NCBI GenBank assembly: GCA_964610335.1
Contig: CAZSVP010000003.1
Location: 141,531 to 205,530 of the forward strand
Source of the DNA: an uncultured Candidatus Saccharibacteria bacterium
Lineage (GTDB): Bacteria > Patescibacteriota > Saccharimonadia > CAILAD01 > BJGX01
Length of the DNA stretch: 64,000 bases
Direction: 5' to 3'
Positions 47,510 to 57,198 of the stretch are shown one piece after another. The notes below the pieces were generated by a model, which was given only the letters and a program-made list of their open reading frames with translations, was not told the DNA's origin and did no database searches. How positions within the stretch are numbered: position 1 is the first letter of the stretch; the number at the start of each line of letters is the position of its first letter. Position numbers and translations under genes: made by a program.

Positions 47510-47863
47510 CTATGTCTTGGCCATGATTCGGAAGTAATTTCCGGCGCGTACTGCCACAACATCGTGATCGATGCCTGCATAGCTCAGCTGATGAGCTTCA
47601 AATGTTATTCGTCCTTGTTTTTGGTCAACAGTTGCTTCGGTTTTGCCGCTGCGAAATTGTACATTGAGATCAGCTACCTTTTGGTCGAGGATACTACCTC
47701 TTAGAGCTGATTCCATGTCTTGTTGCCAAACCTTTTCGGGGTACATATGTAGATAGTTGTCAAAACCACGTGTGATTACCACTTTGTCGCCAAACTCCAA
47801 ACGCAGCTCCTTGGGGAGCGTCAGTCGGTTTTTGTCGTCAAGTTTCCGTTCGAAGTAGTCCAT
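47510..47863 (-). CDS. mraZ: transcriptional regulator MraZ
   Basis: KLDDKNRLTLPKELR DXXXR motif; first gene of dcw cluster. Confidence 0.8.
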   Translation of the reverse strand: MDYFERKLDDKNRLTLPKELRLEFGDKVVITRGFDNYLHMYPEKVWQQDMESALRGSILDQKVADLNVQFRSGKTEATVDQKQGRITFEAHQLSYAGIDHDVVAVRAGNYFRIMAKT

Positions 47864-47895
47864 CTCTGTTGGTTCTCTATCTGTGAGTGTCTTGG

Positions 47896-47944
47896 CTACC
47901 CACGACTACCCACTAACACCAGTATACTACCCACTTCTACCCAC
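47896..47944 (-). promoter_or_regulatory. four direct GTGGGTAG repeats (MraZ-box-like) upstream of mraZ
   Basis: CTACCCAC on + strand at 47896, 47906, 47927, 47937 (spacings 10, 21, 10 bp); MraZ operators are GTGGG direct repeats. Confidence 0.6.
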
Positions 47945-48066
47945 ATGCAATACATTTAAACAACTTTTCTTTACAAATTCTTATGTTTATTACATAATAC
48001 GAACAAAAACCGAATTACATACTCACCTACTTCCGCCAATCAAATTCAAGCCTTATACTTATACAT

Positions 48067-48570
48067 ATGAAACGACCACATTCCCGACGTATATCGCCGG
48101 ACTACATACATAGTGGTTTCTTTGGCGTTGAAGACAGTCTGGTATCTACCACTGGTGCACTAGCGGGCATTGCTGTTGGTGCCGGTAGCACAGAGGTGAT
48201 CTTGCTCACTGCCTTAGTGATTATTGCCGTGGAGTCTACCTCAATGGCCGCTAGTGAGTTTGTCAGCGAAGAGACTGAAGAAGACATCGAGAAACTCAAA
48301 AACCCCGCCAGCCCGTTGGTGAGCGGCCTGATTATTTTCATTACCTATGTGTTAGCTGGCCTTATACCACTAGCTCCCTACTTGTTCTTGCCACACCTTA
48401 CAGCCATACCTGTAAGTATTGGGTTGGCGCTGCTCGGTCTAATAATACTAGGTGTATACAAGGGTAAGATAACTCACAAAAGTCCTGTGCGCTCCGCCAT
48501 CGAAGTATTCATAATCGGTGGCATCGCTGCTGGTATTGGATTGGTTGTCGGACTAATCTTTAAGGTTTAG
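48067..48570 (+). CDS. VIT/CCC1-family (DUF125) membrane protein
   Basis: GVEDSLVSTTGALAGIAVGAG matches VIT family G.nDGLVS...Lv.GvagA motif; TM helices. Confidence 0.6.
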   Translation: MKRPHSRRISPDYIHSGFFGVEDSLVSTTGALAGIAVGAGSTEVILLTALVIIAVESTSMAASEFVSEETEEDIEKLKNPASPLVSGLIIFITYVLAGLIPLAPYLFLPHLTAIPVSIGLALLGLIILGVYKGKITHKSPVRSAIEVFIIGGIAAGIGLVVGLIFKV

Positions 48571-49441
48571 ATTTTAGATCGCCAATAGTATCTTCTATTA
48601 GTTTTTGATGTTCAGGATTTGCCCATGCGACCGTCAATACAGCCTGTAGCCAGCTCTCGGGTGCACCACCGTCCAAGAATACTCCACTACTCTCGTGTAC
48701 AGCGATCCGATTGGACTTGGCCATAGACTCAATTGCCTCTACCAGTATGTACTCGGGATTGGTAGAAACTTTTTGCTGCTTACGAATGGCTTCAAATATC
48801 TTAGGAGTAAAGACATATTTACTAATATTGATTAGGTTGGATGGAGCTTGCCCAGGCTTGGGTTTCTCGACAAACGAATCGAGAAAGCCGTCACCATCCC
48901 GAGAGAGCACACCATACTTCTCTAGTTCCGAATCGGGTTTTGGTACACTATCTACTACACCTTCGCACTCTGTCTTGTTCAGTAGTTCAATCAAGTGAGC
49001 TGTCTCGGACTCTTCGGACTTGTGCCAGATAAAATCATCTCCAGTAAACACAATGAACGCTTCTTCACTTCCGAGATATTTTTCAGCCGCTAGTAAAGTG
49101 CGGTAGGTGCCATATGGTAAGTAGTCGTCGAGAAAAGAGTATTCGAAATTGCACTGCGTATACTGGTCTATTAGCTCTTGGTGCTTCTCGTACTTACCGT
49201 ATTGTTTGAGATGCTGCACCAAACTGGCCGGAGGTTTGAGATATTGCTGGATCTGGTCATGATCGCTGCTGACACCAATTACAAAATCGGTAATGCCAGC
49301 TTTGATGCAATCTTGTAAGTTAAAATCCAAAATCGGCCGATTCATAATCGGCAGCATCTCTTTTTGCACTGCCTTGGTCTCTGGAAGCCATCGCGTGCCA
49401 AAGCCACAGGCAGTGATGAGGGCTTTGCGGACTTTTTTCAC
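48560..49441 (-). CDS. galU: UTP--glucose-1-phosphate uridylyltransferase
   Basis: KALITACGFGTRWLPETKAVQKEMLPIMNRPIL matches GalU N-terminal nucleotide-binding signature. Confidence 0.75.
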   Translation of the reverse strand: MKKVRKALITACGFGTRWLPETKAVQKEMLPIMNRPILDFNLQDCIKAGITDFVIGVSSDHDQIQQYLKPPASLVQHLKQYGKYEKHQELIDQYTQCNFEYSFLDDYLPYGTYRTLLAAEKYLGSEEAFIVFTGDDFIWHKSEESETAHLIELLNKTECEGVVDSVPKPDSELEKYGVLSRDGDGFLDSFVEKPKPGQAPSNLINISKYVFTPKIFEAIRKQQKVSTNPEYILVEAIESMAKSNRIAVHESSGVFLDGGAPESWLQAVLTVAWANPEHQKLIEDTIGDLKSKP

Positions 49442-49470
49442 TTCAATATCTTTCTGCTACTCAGGTTTGA

Positions 49471-50193
49471 CTAGCTCTTCTTCCACTCTTTCATCAGCGA
49501 ATAATCCACATTGGTGCGGCCACCATTTACCGTCACAACGGAGCCAGTGGTAAAACTAGAGTCATCGGAAAGCAAAAACATTGTCGTCTTAGCTATTTCT
49601 CCTGCAGTAGCAATTCTATCAAGTGGGGTTATCTCTTTTATTGCCTCTAGTAACTCATCACTATCTGGTCCCATGTCTGTGTCAACCCATCCAGGTGCCA
49701 ACGAGTTCGCGCGGATACCTCTGTGCCCCAATACATTTGCTAAACTATTGGTCAGACTAATGAGACCTGCTTTTGCAACAGAATATGCAAAACCAGCATA
49801 TTCACCAAGGTATGCATCATCACTAACGATATTCACTATTGAGCCACCACTAGGCATGTTCTTCGTTAAACTATGGCAAATAATATATGGGGCTGTAACC
49901 ATAACCTCTAGTGATCGATCCCACTTGGCTAAGTCAAAATGTTCAATACTCTCTTCTTCAAAGATTCCGGCACAATTAACTATATAGTTGAATTCTTGCG
50001 ATTCCAGCTCTTTAAGAGCACTTTGCAGCCTTGCTCGATCACTTAGGTCTACTTTGAGATAACTTACGTTCTTAATATTCGCTGGCTTGGTGCTATTATA
50101 TGTACCTACTACTTCTATATTATTAGTGGCAAGAATTTTGGCAATTGCCAATCCCATACCCTTTGATGCACCTGTTACAAAAGCTTTTTTCAT
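49471..50193 (-). CDS. short-chain dehydrogenase/reductase
   Basis: TGASKGMG cofactor motif and YSVAK catalytic YxxxK. Confidence 0.8.
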   Translation of the reverse strand: MKKAFVTGASKGMGLAIAKILATNNIEVVGTYNSTKPANIKNVSYLKVDLSDRARLQSALKELESQEFNYIVNCAGIFEEESIEHFDLAKWDRSLEVMVTAPYIICHSLTKNMPSGGSIVNIVSDDAYLGEYAGFAYSVAKAGLISLTNSLANVLGHRGIRANSLAPGWVDTDMGPDSDELLEAIKEITPLDRIATAGEIAKTTMFLLSDDSSFTTGSVVTVNGGRTNVDYSLMKEWKKS

Positions 50194-50194
50194 A

Positions 50195-50575
50195 TTAATT
50201 TTCCTTCTGCGCGGTTACACTTATCTCAATACTAGCTCCAAGCGGCAAAGAACTTACGCAGATTGCTTCACGAACCGGAAACGGTTCGCTAAAGTAGCTC
50301 GGGTATACTTCGTTTAGTTCAGGCATAATCGTCATATCGGTGACATATATTACGACTTTGACCACATCACCTAGCCCTGAATCGGCAGCATGCAAAATCG
50401 CTTCGATGTTGCCCATAACCTGTTTCATTTTGTCTGTAACTGTACCCTCAACGAGCGAGTTATCTGGTTTGACGTGCACCTGGCCTGAGACATAGATGGT
50501 GTTGTCGCAAACTAACGCCTGAGAGAGAATATGATCAGCTTTTGGTGCTTTGTCGGTCTTGACTTGCTTTTTCAT
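50195..50575 (-). CDS. RidA/YjgF-family reactive intermediate deaminase
   Basis: RidA pattern (VKVVIYVTDM, PVREAICVSSLPLGASIEI). Confidence 0.75.
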   Translation of the reverse strand: MKKQVKTDKAPKADHILSQALVCDNTIYVSGQVHVKPDNSLVEGTVTDKMKQVMGNIEAILHAADSGLGDVVKVVIYVTDMTIMPELNEVYPSYFSEPFPVREAICVSSLPLGASIEISVTAQKEN

Positions 50576-51936
50576 TTTAACTTTTCTATTAGATAGTCTT
50601 TGAGCTCTTCTATCTTAATCCGTTCTTGTTTCATACTATCGCGCTCACGTACCGTTACTGCCTTGTCTTCTAAGCTATCGAAATCGACAGTCACACAGTA
50701 TGGTGTACCGATCTCGTCCTGGCGACGGTAGCGCTTACCAATCGACTGGGTCTCGTCGTATTCAACATTGTATTCCCCTGCTATTGAACTAAATACTTCC
50801 ATGGCTACCTTGTTGAGCTCGGGTTTCTTGCTAAGTGGTAGTACAGCTACTTTGACAGGAGCAAGCTCAGGCTTGAGCCGGAGTACCACACGCTCTTCGT
50901 CGCCCACTTTCTCGACAGTATAGGCTTCAGTAAGTGCTGCTATAAATAACCGTCCCACGCCCATCGATGATTCGATTACATTTGGCGTGTAGCGTTTGCC
51001 ACTGGCCTCATCGAAGTAGCTCAAGTCTTTGCCACTCACCTTCATATGGGAGGTTAGATCGTGATCAGTACGATCATGGATACCGCAGAGCTCCTTGCTG
51101 CCATGTGGGAAGTTGTAGTAGATATCGTGGGCGGCAGCGGCATAGTGAGCTCGCTCGCCCTCGCCATGCTCGTGCCAGCTGATGTTAGCTTCGCCCAATC
51201 CAACGTCTTCTAGCAAAAAGTTACGAGTAAATTCACGCCAGTTCTCATACTCGTGCTCTCTCTCATCAGGATGGATGAAGTACTGCATCTCCATCTGTTC
51301 TAGCTCACGTACACGGAATATGAAGTCGCGTGGAGTGATCTCGTTGCGAAAGGCCTTACCAATCTGGGCAATACCAAATGGTATTTTGGCTCGTGTAGTC
51401 TCACGCACATTATCGTAGTTGATATAGATGCCACCAGCAGTCTCTGGGCGTAGATATGTTAGTGTAGTGTCATCCTCGGCAGGACCAATGTGGGTGGTAA
51501 GCATCATATTAAACTGCCGCGGTGGCGTAAATGTACCAATCTTGCCACAATTGGGGCAAGCCTTTCCAACTAATGCCTTCGATAGCTCCATAAGATCACC
51601 TGTATCAACGTCGGCGACATGATCGGCCCGGAAACGATGGTTGCAAGCTTTGCAGTCAATCATGGGATCGACGAAACCTGCCACATGGCCACTAGCTTCC
51701 CAAAGCTTAGGGTTTTGGATAATAGCGCTATCAAGTCCGTAGATGTTCGGGTTGCGGTACACAAAAGCCTTCCACCAAGCCTGTTTGAGATTGTTGATCA
51801 GCTCCACGCCATATGGGCCGTAGTCCCAAAAGCCACCGATGCCTCCGTATATCTCACTGGCTTGAAATACAAAACCACGCCGCTTACAGTAACTGACGAG
51901 TTCTTCCATTGTTAGTTTTGAGGGCTGTTTGTCCAT
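50572..51936 (-). CDS. glyS: glycyl-tRNA synthetase (dimeric alpha2 type)
   Basis: N-terminal RRGFVFQASEIYGGIGGFWDYGPYGVELINN GlyRS signature; class II motifs. Confidence 0.9.
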   Translation of the reverse strand: MDKQPSKLTMEELVSYCKRRGFVFQASEIYGGIGGFWDYGPYGVELINNLKQAWWKAFVYRNPNIYGLDSAIIQNPKLWEASGHVAGFVDPMIDCKACNHRFRADHVADVDTGDLMELSKALVGKACPNCGKIGTFTPPRQFNMMLTTHIGPAEDDTTLTYLRPETAGGIYINYDNVRETTRAKIPFGIAQIGKAFRNEITPRDFIFRVRELEQMEMQYFIHPDEREHEYENWREFTRNFLLEDVGLGEANISWHEHGEGERAHYAAAAHDIYYNFPHGSKELCGIHDRTDHDLTSHMKVSGKDLSYFDEASGKRYTPNVIESSMGVGRLFIAALTEAYTVEKVGDEERVVLRLKPELAPVKVAVLPLSKKPELNKVAMEVFSSIAGEYNVEYDETQSIGKRYRRQDEIGTPYCVTVDFDSLEDKAVTVRERDSMKQERIKIEELKDYLIEKLK

Positions 51937-51972
51937 AGATTATGTCCGATTATACCAGATTGTAACTAGCAT

Positions 51973-52671
51973 TTATAGCAACTCTGTCGAGCGCAAGCGA
52001 ATATGAAAATGATATTCCAAGTATTTGGCTAGCAACTGCCAACTCTCTGTAAATACTTGCTCAGTGGCTTTGAGCCGACTAAGCTGAGCTGGCTTGAGAT
52101 GGCCAAGTATGCGCCAAAGCTTAATAGTATCTTCCGACATAGGCAAACCATGTTCCGTGCGAGCTACCCCTACTCTTCCTTCTTGATAGTCAAAGAAGTA
52201 TTCGCCAGAAGATCGTTCTTCAATAAACTCCGGCTGGCTACCAATGGAATGGAGTAGGTACAAACATAGATAGCTCATGACAAGTGGTGGTGGGGTATGC
52301 TTGGCGACACAACTAAATAAATCACACAACACATCCACCAATCCATCAACAGTTTGATTGTCTTCAAGTAACCTATCCACTAATTCAAGTAATGCAAACC
52401 CTACTGCAACTTCTTCTAAGCTAGAGGTGCTGATTGGCGATGGTGTGATGGTTTGTGTTTGGGTAAGGATAGCAAGGGACTTACCCTTGTGTAATTGCAA
52501 ACGAACTAGTGAGAAAGGCTCTAGATGCCCAGCTCTGCGACTACCTAATTTGCGAACCCCTTTGGCAACAAATGCCGACTTGCCTTCGTGGCTGTAGAAC
52601 CTAATCAAGCGATCAGCTTCCCCAATATTTTTGCGCGCCAACACATAGCCAGTTATGCTATGTTGGTTCAT
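51973..52671 (-). CDS. recO: DNA repair protein RecO
   Basis: ITGYVLARKNIGEADRLIRFYSHEGK...AKG RecO N-terminal OB-fold signature. Confidence 0.8.
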   Translation of the reverse strand: MNQHSITGYVLARKNIGEADRLIRFYSHEGKSAFVAKGVRKLGSRRAGHLEPFSLVRLQLHKGKSLAILTQTQTITPSPISTSSLEEVAVGFALLELVDRLLEDNQTVDGLVDVLCDLFSCVAKHTPPPLVMSYLCLYLLHSIGSQPEFIEERSSGEYFFDYQEGRVGVARTEHGLPMSEDTIKLWRILGHLKPAQLSRLKATEQVFTESWQLLAKYLEYHFHIRLRSTELL

Positions 52672-53057
52672 AAATCTTCGAGCTGTAACAAGGCTTTGAT
52701 TTGAGTCACAAGCTCAGTCGGTGATATCTGTGCTTTCACATATAGCGCTGAGATACCAAGGCTTTTTTTGACCTCGTCTTTTAGCTGTAATTCTGCCGGC
52801 AACAGATTGGTAATAATAACAATTGGTGTCTTGTCTTGTCGATGATCCTTGCGGATCTCCTTGATTAGTTGCAAACCATTGATCTTGGGTAGCAATATGT
52901 CGATCAACAAAATGTCAAACTTCTTATCAGCCAATGCAGTTAAGGCTGCTTGAGCGTCTATAGCATGAACTACTTCAAACCCAGCCTGCTCAAACTTTTG
53001 TACATACATGTGGGCAATCGTTGCATCATCTTCTACTAGAAGTATGGCCTTACTCAT
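52668..53057 (-). CDS. single-domain response regulator (receiver only)
   Basis: ILLVEDD, DILLIDILLP, conserved K; 129 aa. Confidence 0.8.
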   Translation of the reverse strand: MSKAILLVEDDATIAHMYVQKFEQAGFEVVHAIDAQAALTALADKKFDILLIDILLPKINGLQLIKEIRKDHRQDKTPIVIITNLLPAELQLKDEVKKSLGISALYVKAQISPTELVTQIKALLQLEDL

Positions 53058-53110
53058 ACCCTTATTGTACTCCTTAGGCCCAAATACTCAACTATAGCAA
53101 GTTTGATTGT

Positions 53111-53821
53111 CTAAGGATTAAGTTTGATCTGTTGAACTATGGCGTTAAATGCGTCTAAGTAGTCTTTATTACTGTCAGTTTGTAGAGTGAACACCTTATC
53201 TCGAACCGGGAAGATAATAACAGTGCTTTCTACCTTGGTTTTTTGATCAATCTTGCCGGTATACTTGATACCCTTGATACCAGATACAATCACTTCTTCA
53301 GTCTTGATATTGTTGCTCGCTTGCTTGGCAAGGCCATCATAGCGTCGCTTCTCACCATCGTAAGATGTTGTAGCTTGATTGAAACGGAAAGCTTGAATAT
53401 CTGCCTTACCATCAACATTGTTTGGATTGGCGACACCATTGATCGCTCCATTTTGGTTAGGATTAACCCAGAGCGAATACGACTTTGGTAATATCAGCTC
53501 GAAACTACCGTAGCTCTCGGGCGCGACATAAGTACGTGTATCTTTGATAGTATCACTGGCGTACTGTTTCTCATCTTTGTCCTTTTGGGCAGAGCTGCCG
53601 TCCTGATAACCACTATTGTACTTAGCATCCAGCTTCTGTTGAGTACTATTTGCTCGAGTTGCAAACACTATTGTTGTAATTAGCAAAATTACCGCCACTA
53701 CTGCGAGCACTATTAACAGTATCTTATTTTGCTGTGCTTTCTGAGCGCTCGATTTACCGGCTTTACCTGGCTCGTGCAGTGGTTCCTGGCTAATTGTCTG
53801 TGGTGTGAGTTCTTGTTCCAT
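53111..53821 (-). CDS. membrane-anchored hypothetical protein
   Basis: One TM helix then extracytoplasmic domain; no motif. Confidence 0.4.
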   Translation of the reverse strand: MEQELTPQTISQEPLHEPGKAGKSSAQKAQQNKILLIVLAVVAVILLITTIVFATRANSTQQKLDAKYNSGYQDGSSAQKDKDEKQYASDTIKDTRTYVAPESYGSFELILPKSYSLWVNPNQNGAINGVANPNNVDGKADIQAFRFNQATTSYDGEKRRYDGLAKQASNNIKTEEVIVSGIKGIKYTGKIDQKTKVESTVIIFPVRDKVFTLQTDSNKDYLDAFNAIVQQIKLNP

Positions 53822-53838
53822 ACCGCCCTATTGTACCA

Positions 53839-54369
53839 CTAACCTTTCTTTAGATTGGCCTGCCCAGGAGCCCAGTCCATTGGACATAAGCCACCAGTCT
53901 GCAAAGCCTTTACTACACGCATTGTCTCTTCCACACTACGTCCGACATTGCTATCAGATATCACCACATACCGTAAGTTCCCATCTGGGTCAATTACAAA
54001 TGTTCCTCGTTCGGCTTCACCATTCTCCTCATTGAGAACTTCATAGGAGCGGCTCAAGGTATGAGCCGTGTCAGCAATTATCGGGAAAGATACTTCTGAT
54101 AAATCACGTTCAAACCAAGCTTTGTGACTATAAACACTGTCTGTGCTCGCTGCCACAAGCTCAGTGTTTATTTTTTCAAAGTCCTTACACATATGAGCAA
54201 AGCCCTTGATCTCGGTAGGACAAACAAACGTGAAGTCACGTGGGTAGAAGAATAATACAACCCACTTGCCTTTCAAATCTTTCAATTTCAGTTCCTTATA
54301 ATCTTCTTTCAAACCTTTTTGGTAGGCCGGTAGGCTGAAATCTGGTGCTGGTTGGTTTAGCTTTAACAT
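53839..54369 (-). CDS. peroxiredoxin (AhpC/Prx family)
   Basis: Peroxidatic Cys motif FTFVCPTEI. Confidence 0.85.
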   Translation of the reverse strand: MLKLNQPAPDFSLPAYQKGLKEDYKELKLKDLKGKWVVLFFYPRDFTFVCPTEIKGFAHMCKDFEKINTELVAASTDSVYSHKAWFERDLSEVSFPIIADTAHTLSRSYEVLNEENGEAERGTFVIDPDGNLRYVVISDSNVGRSVEETMRVVKALQTGGLCPMDWAPGQANLKKG

Positions 54370-54392
54370 ATTGTCTCCTTATTTTGAAAAAA

Positions 54393-54980
54393 TTAACTTG
54401 CTTGATTTACGACACGCTTGTTTACAACATCCCAATCGATCGCAGCCATGAATGTGTTGATATAGTCCTTGCGCGCAGTAGCATAATCCAAAAAGTAGGC
54501 ATGCTCATATACATCCATTACTAAGACTAGCTCTGTATCAACGACTCCACCTTGGTTGTGAGCGTCAAAGACATAGTTTTCTAAACTATTGAGGCTGTAA
54601 TCAAAAGCCAATACGACCCACCCACGCGCTGATATGCCAAGAGCTGCAAACTCAGCTTGCCACTTGTCTATGCTGCCCCAGCGTTTCTCAATCAGATTCT
54701 TAATTGTTCCACTACACTCAGTTGGTTTGTCTGTCATGTTATCAAAGTATGACTCATGCAACTTTATGCCATTGAGCGCAAAGTTTTTCTCAACAAACAA
54801 CTCACGTAGATCAGAGAAAGTGCCATTGGTTGATTCCAGATCCACTGTCGCTGTTTTCTCTACAATTTCATTATACTTCTTGACGTAGCCAGCATATAGC
54901 ACATCATGATGCTCACTTAATTGTTTTTCACTTAGCCCTGGCAAAGACTTGTACTTGAGAGGCTTTACTTCTAATTTCAT
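54393..54980 (-). CDS. sodA: Fe/Mn superoxide dismutase
   Basis: C-terminal DVYEHAYF..Y signature (D-x-W/Y-E-H-A-Y). Confidence 0.85.
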   Translation of the reverse strand: MKLEVKPLKYKSLPGLSEKQLSEHHDVLYAGYVKKYNEIVEKTATVDLESTNGTFSDLRELFVEKNFALNGIKLHESYFDNMTDKPTECSGTIKNLIEKRWGSIDKWQAEFAALGISARGWVVLAFDYSLNSLENYVFDAHNQGGVVDTELVLVMDVYEHAYFLDYATARKDYINTFMAAIDWDVVNKRVVNQAS

Positions 54981-55012
54981 ATAGCTATTGTAGCGAAGAA
55001 GTTACCCTTACG

Positions 55013-55513
55013 TCAAAACTTGTAATAAATCAGAACACCTTGTGACTTTGTTGGCCTGCGTTTTGGCAAGCGATATCCACACATCACAAGCCAAGCACCA
55101 CGCTTGATTGTTTTGATAGTAGTTTGCTCGATTTTTGCAGCAATCGAGCGCACTCCAAATACATATATCAGATCTGCCTCACTAAGATCAGCCTTGATAA
55201 AGCTTCCAAGCTTGATCTTGGTATTATGGTCACCTCGAAACCTCCAACGGCAGAGCAGGTACAATAATGGATTGGTCTCATAACCAACGGCCCCATAACC
55301 ATGTTGTCGAGCTGCCGCCAACAACTTACCATCACCACAGCCTAAGTCATAGAAAGTAGCCCCCTTGGACAATTTGACAGATGAGAATAACTGTTTGGTG
55401 GTTTTGTCCAATGTTGGTACATACGGTGCCCCAAACAGCACGCTACTCAAAAAGAATACTAATAAAAGTATTATGCCAACGAATTCAACTATTAGAAAAA
55501 TCTGACCAATCAT
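55013..55513 (-). CDS. membrane-anchored class I SAM-dependent methyltransferase
   Basis: Motif I DLGCGDGKL; N-terminal TM. Confidence 0.6.
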   Translation of the reverse strand: MIGQIFLIVEFVGIILLLVFFLSSVLFGAPYVPTLDKTTKQLFSSVKLSKGATFYDLGCGDGKLLAAARQHGYGAVGYETNPLLYLLCRWRFRGDHNTKIKLGSFIKADLSEADLIYVFGVRSIAAKIEQTTIKTIKRGAWLVMCGYRLPKRRPTKSQGVLIYYKF

Positions 55514-55981
55514 CTATGATTGTTTTGATAACCAGCCCAACACTTCAGGAACGGTTTTGAGCGGTGCCAGCTTAGGCCAAACGGCGGCTATCTTGAGGTC
55601 CTTGTCTACAATTACCCCACTGCGAATAGTGCCCATAAACTTACGGCCATACATATTGCGCTCACCCCATGCGCCATACGGATCAATCATCTTGTTGTCC
55701 GGATCAGCCAGAATCGGGAATGGCAACTTGTGGTTCTCGGCAAACTTGGTGTGACTAGCCACATCGTCGCGGCTCACGCCAATCACTTCTATCTCCTTAG
55801 CCTGTAGCTCTTCAAAGTGATCACGCAGGCTACATGCTTGTGTAGTACAGCCAGGAGTTTCGTCTTTCGGATAGAAATAGATCAAAGTGGTATGGCCACG
55901 AAGCCCCTCAAGAGTGTGCTCTTTGCCATGTTGATCGGCCAGCTTAAAGTCTGGTGCTTTATCACCTACCTGCAAATTCAT
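55514..55981 (-). CDS. bcp: thiol peroxidase Bcp (PrxQ)
   Basis: FYPKDETPGCTTQAC motif. Confidence 0.85.
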   Translation of the reverse strand: MNLQVGDKAPDFKLADQHGKEHTLEGLRGHTTLIYFYPKDETPGCTTQACSLRDHFEELQAKEIEVIGVSRDDVASHTKFAENHKLPFPILADPDNKMIDPYGAWGERNMYGRKFMGTIRSGVIVDKDLKIAAVWPKLAPLKTVPEVLGWLSKQS

Positions 55982-56343
55982 TGATTTGTCTCCCTAGCTT
56001 CCCCATCTACTTTTGGAGTTGAATTTTGGTCAGGTGCTTGGCCTGGGTTGCCCCAGTTGCCAGTTTTGGTTGCTGCTGGAGACGACGGTTTATCTAGTTT
56101 GTTGATGCGAACCAATCCAACAATACCTAGAATTGGACCTGCTACAAACCCTAGAACTGAGATAACAACTAGTATATTTAGGATGTTGAGATACAGTGAT
56201 GATATTGGTCCAGTTGAACCTGGTGAAACATAGTTCACTACTGCAGACAAGGTTAGACTAGCAACCAGTAGAATGAATGGGCCCATAAACCCAATTATCA
56301 TCCAGTGAATATACTTTTTTTTGAGTTTGGCTGTGTCTTGCAT
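55978..56343 (-). CDS. small membrane protein, hypothetical
   Basis: Three hydrophobic helices. Confidence 0.4.
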   Translation of the reverse strand: MQDTAKLKKKYIHWMIIGFMGPFILLVASLTLSAVVNYVSPGSTGPISSLYLNILNILVVISVLGFVAGPILGIVGLVRINKLDKPSSPAATKTGNWGNPGQAPDQNSTPKVDGEARETNQ

Positions 56344-56359
56344 AATCCCTCCTATTTAC

Positions 56360-57100
56360 TTATTGTCTAGCTCGCAAATACTGATCCCAGTGCTGATACA
56401 ATTTGCCAGTTGCAAATAGATCTTGAGCATTGTACTTGGCAATTTCGAGATAGCGACCTTCACGATATGCAGGATCGACTTGACTACCATCAATGCCAGC
56501 GACTTTTGGACTAGTAATTCCAAATGCTCGGCACCAACGATGTAGGCTACCTTTGTACATAGCTCCACCAAAAAATGTCAGTTGGTCGAACAAATCTATG
56601 TGTTGGACCGATCGAACTCCAGAAGAATTGTAGCGATTGCCTACCAGATCACGGGTCGGTCGGATACCAAGAATAGCACTACGTATCATCATGTATGGCA
56701 CGTCGGCTCGGCGCCCAAAGAAGCTTATAAACTCGTCGGCAGTTTCGGCCAAGGCCCAAAATTTTGTCAACATCTCGGCCTCGGTCATGCTGACATATTT
56801 AACACCTTCTTCTTCGAGCTCTTCAGTATCCTTACCCTCAGTATCATAGTAAACAGCGCCCTGCTCGCTCTCTATGTCGTATAAGCCGATAGCAATTATT
56901 TTACCTGTCAATGGGCTAAATACTAGATTGCGTTTAAGCTCTTTGAGAGCTTGCTCATAGCGCTCTGGTTCTATTTCGGGGTCGGGCAATTTTTTGGTGA
57001 GATCTTTTTTGGTAGCTTCATCAAAGTCATCAAAGTTCTCCCCCACCATCTCTATATCAAATACTAATCGTTTTTTATGCATTGACACATTATAACACAA
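56360..57100 (-). CDS. predicted DEDD/PolB-like 3'-5' exonuclease (RNase H fold)
   Basis: VFDIE (Exo I), later YNAQD (Exo III YxxxD); start may be internal Met (MHKKRL, 57082). Confidence 0.45.
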   Translation of the reverse strand: MCYNVSMHKKRLVFDIEMVGENFDDFDEATKKDLTKKLPDPEIEPERYEQALKELKRNLVFSPLTGKIIAIGLYDIESEQGAVYYDTEGKDTEELEEEGVKYVSMTEAEMLTKFWALAETADEFISFFGRRADVPYMMIRSAILGIRPTRDLVGNRYNSSGVRSVQHIDLFDQLTFFGGAMYKGSLHRWCRAFGITSPKVAGIDGSQVDPAYREGRYLEIAKYNAQDLFATGKLYQHWDQYLRARQ

Positions 57101-57198
57101 TCTGATCTGGTTCTTGATTGAATAATACTTCTACTTATTGTATAATTGCCAACCAACATTGCGTTCGTATTTCTACTGGCCGACCATAAGGAGTCGCA

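Noticed and set aside
57082-57146. Clean sigma70 promoter for the high-GC TPR gene (TTGATT ... TGTATAAT)
   Set aside because: The hexamers are present, but the spacing (21 nt) is outside the 16-19 nt range, so it is not annotated as a promoter.
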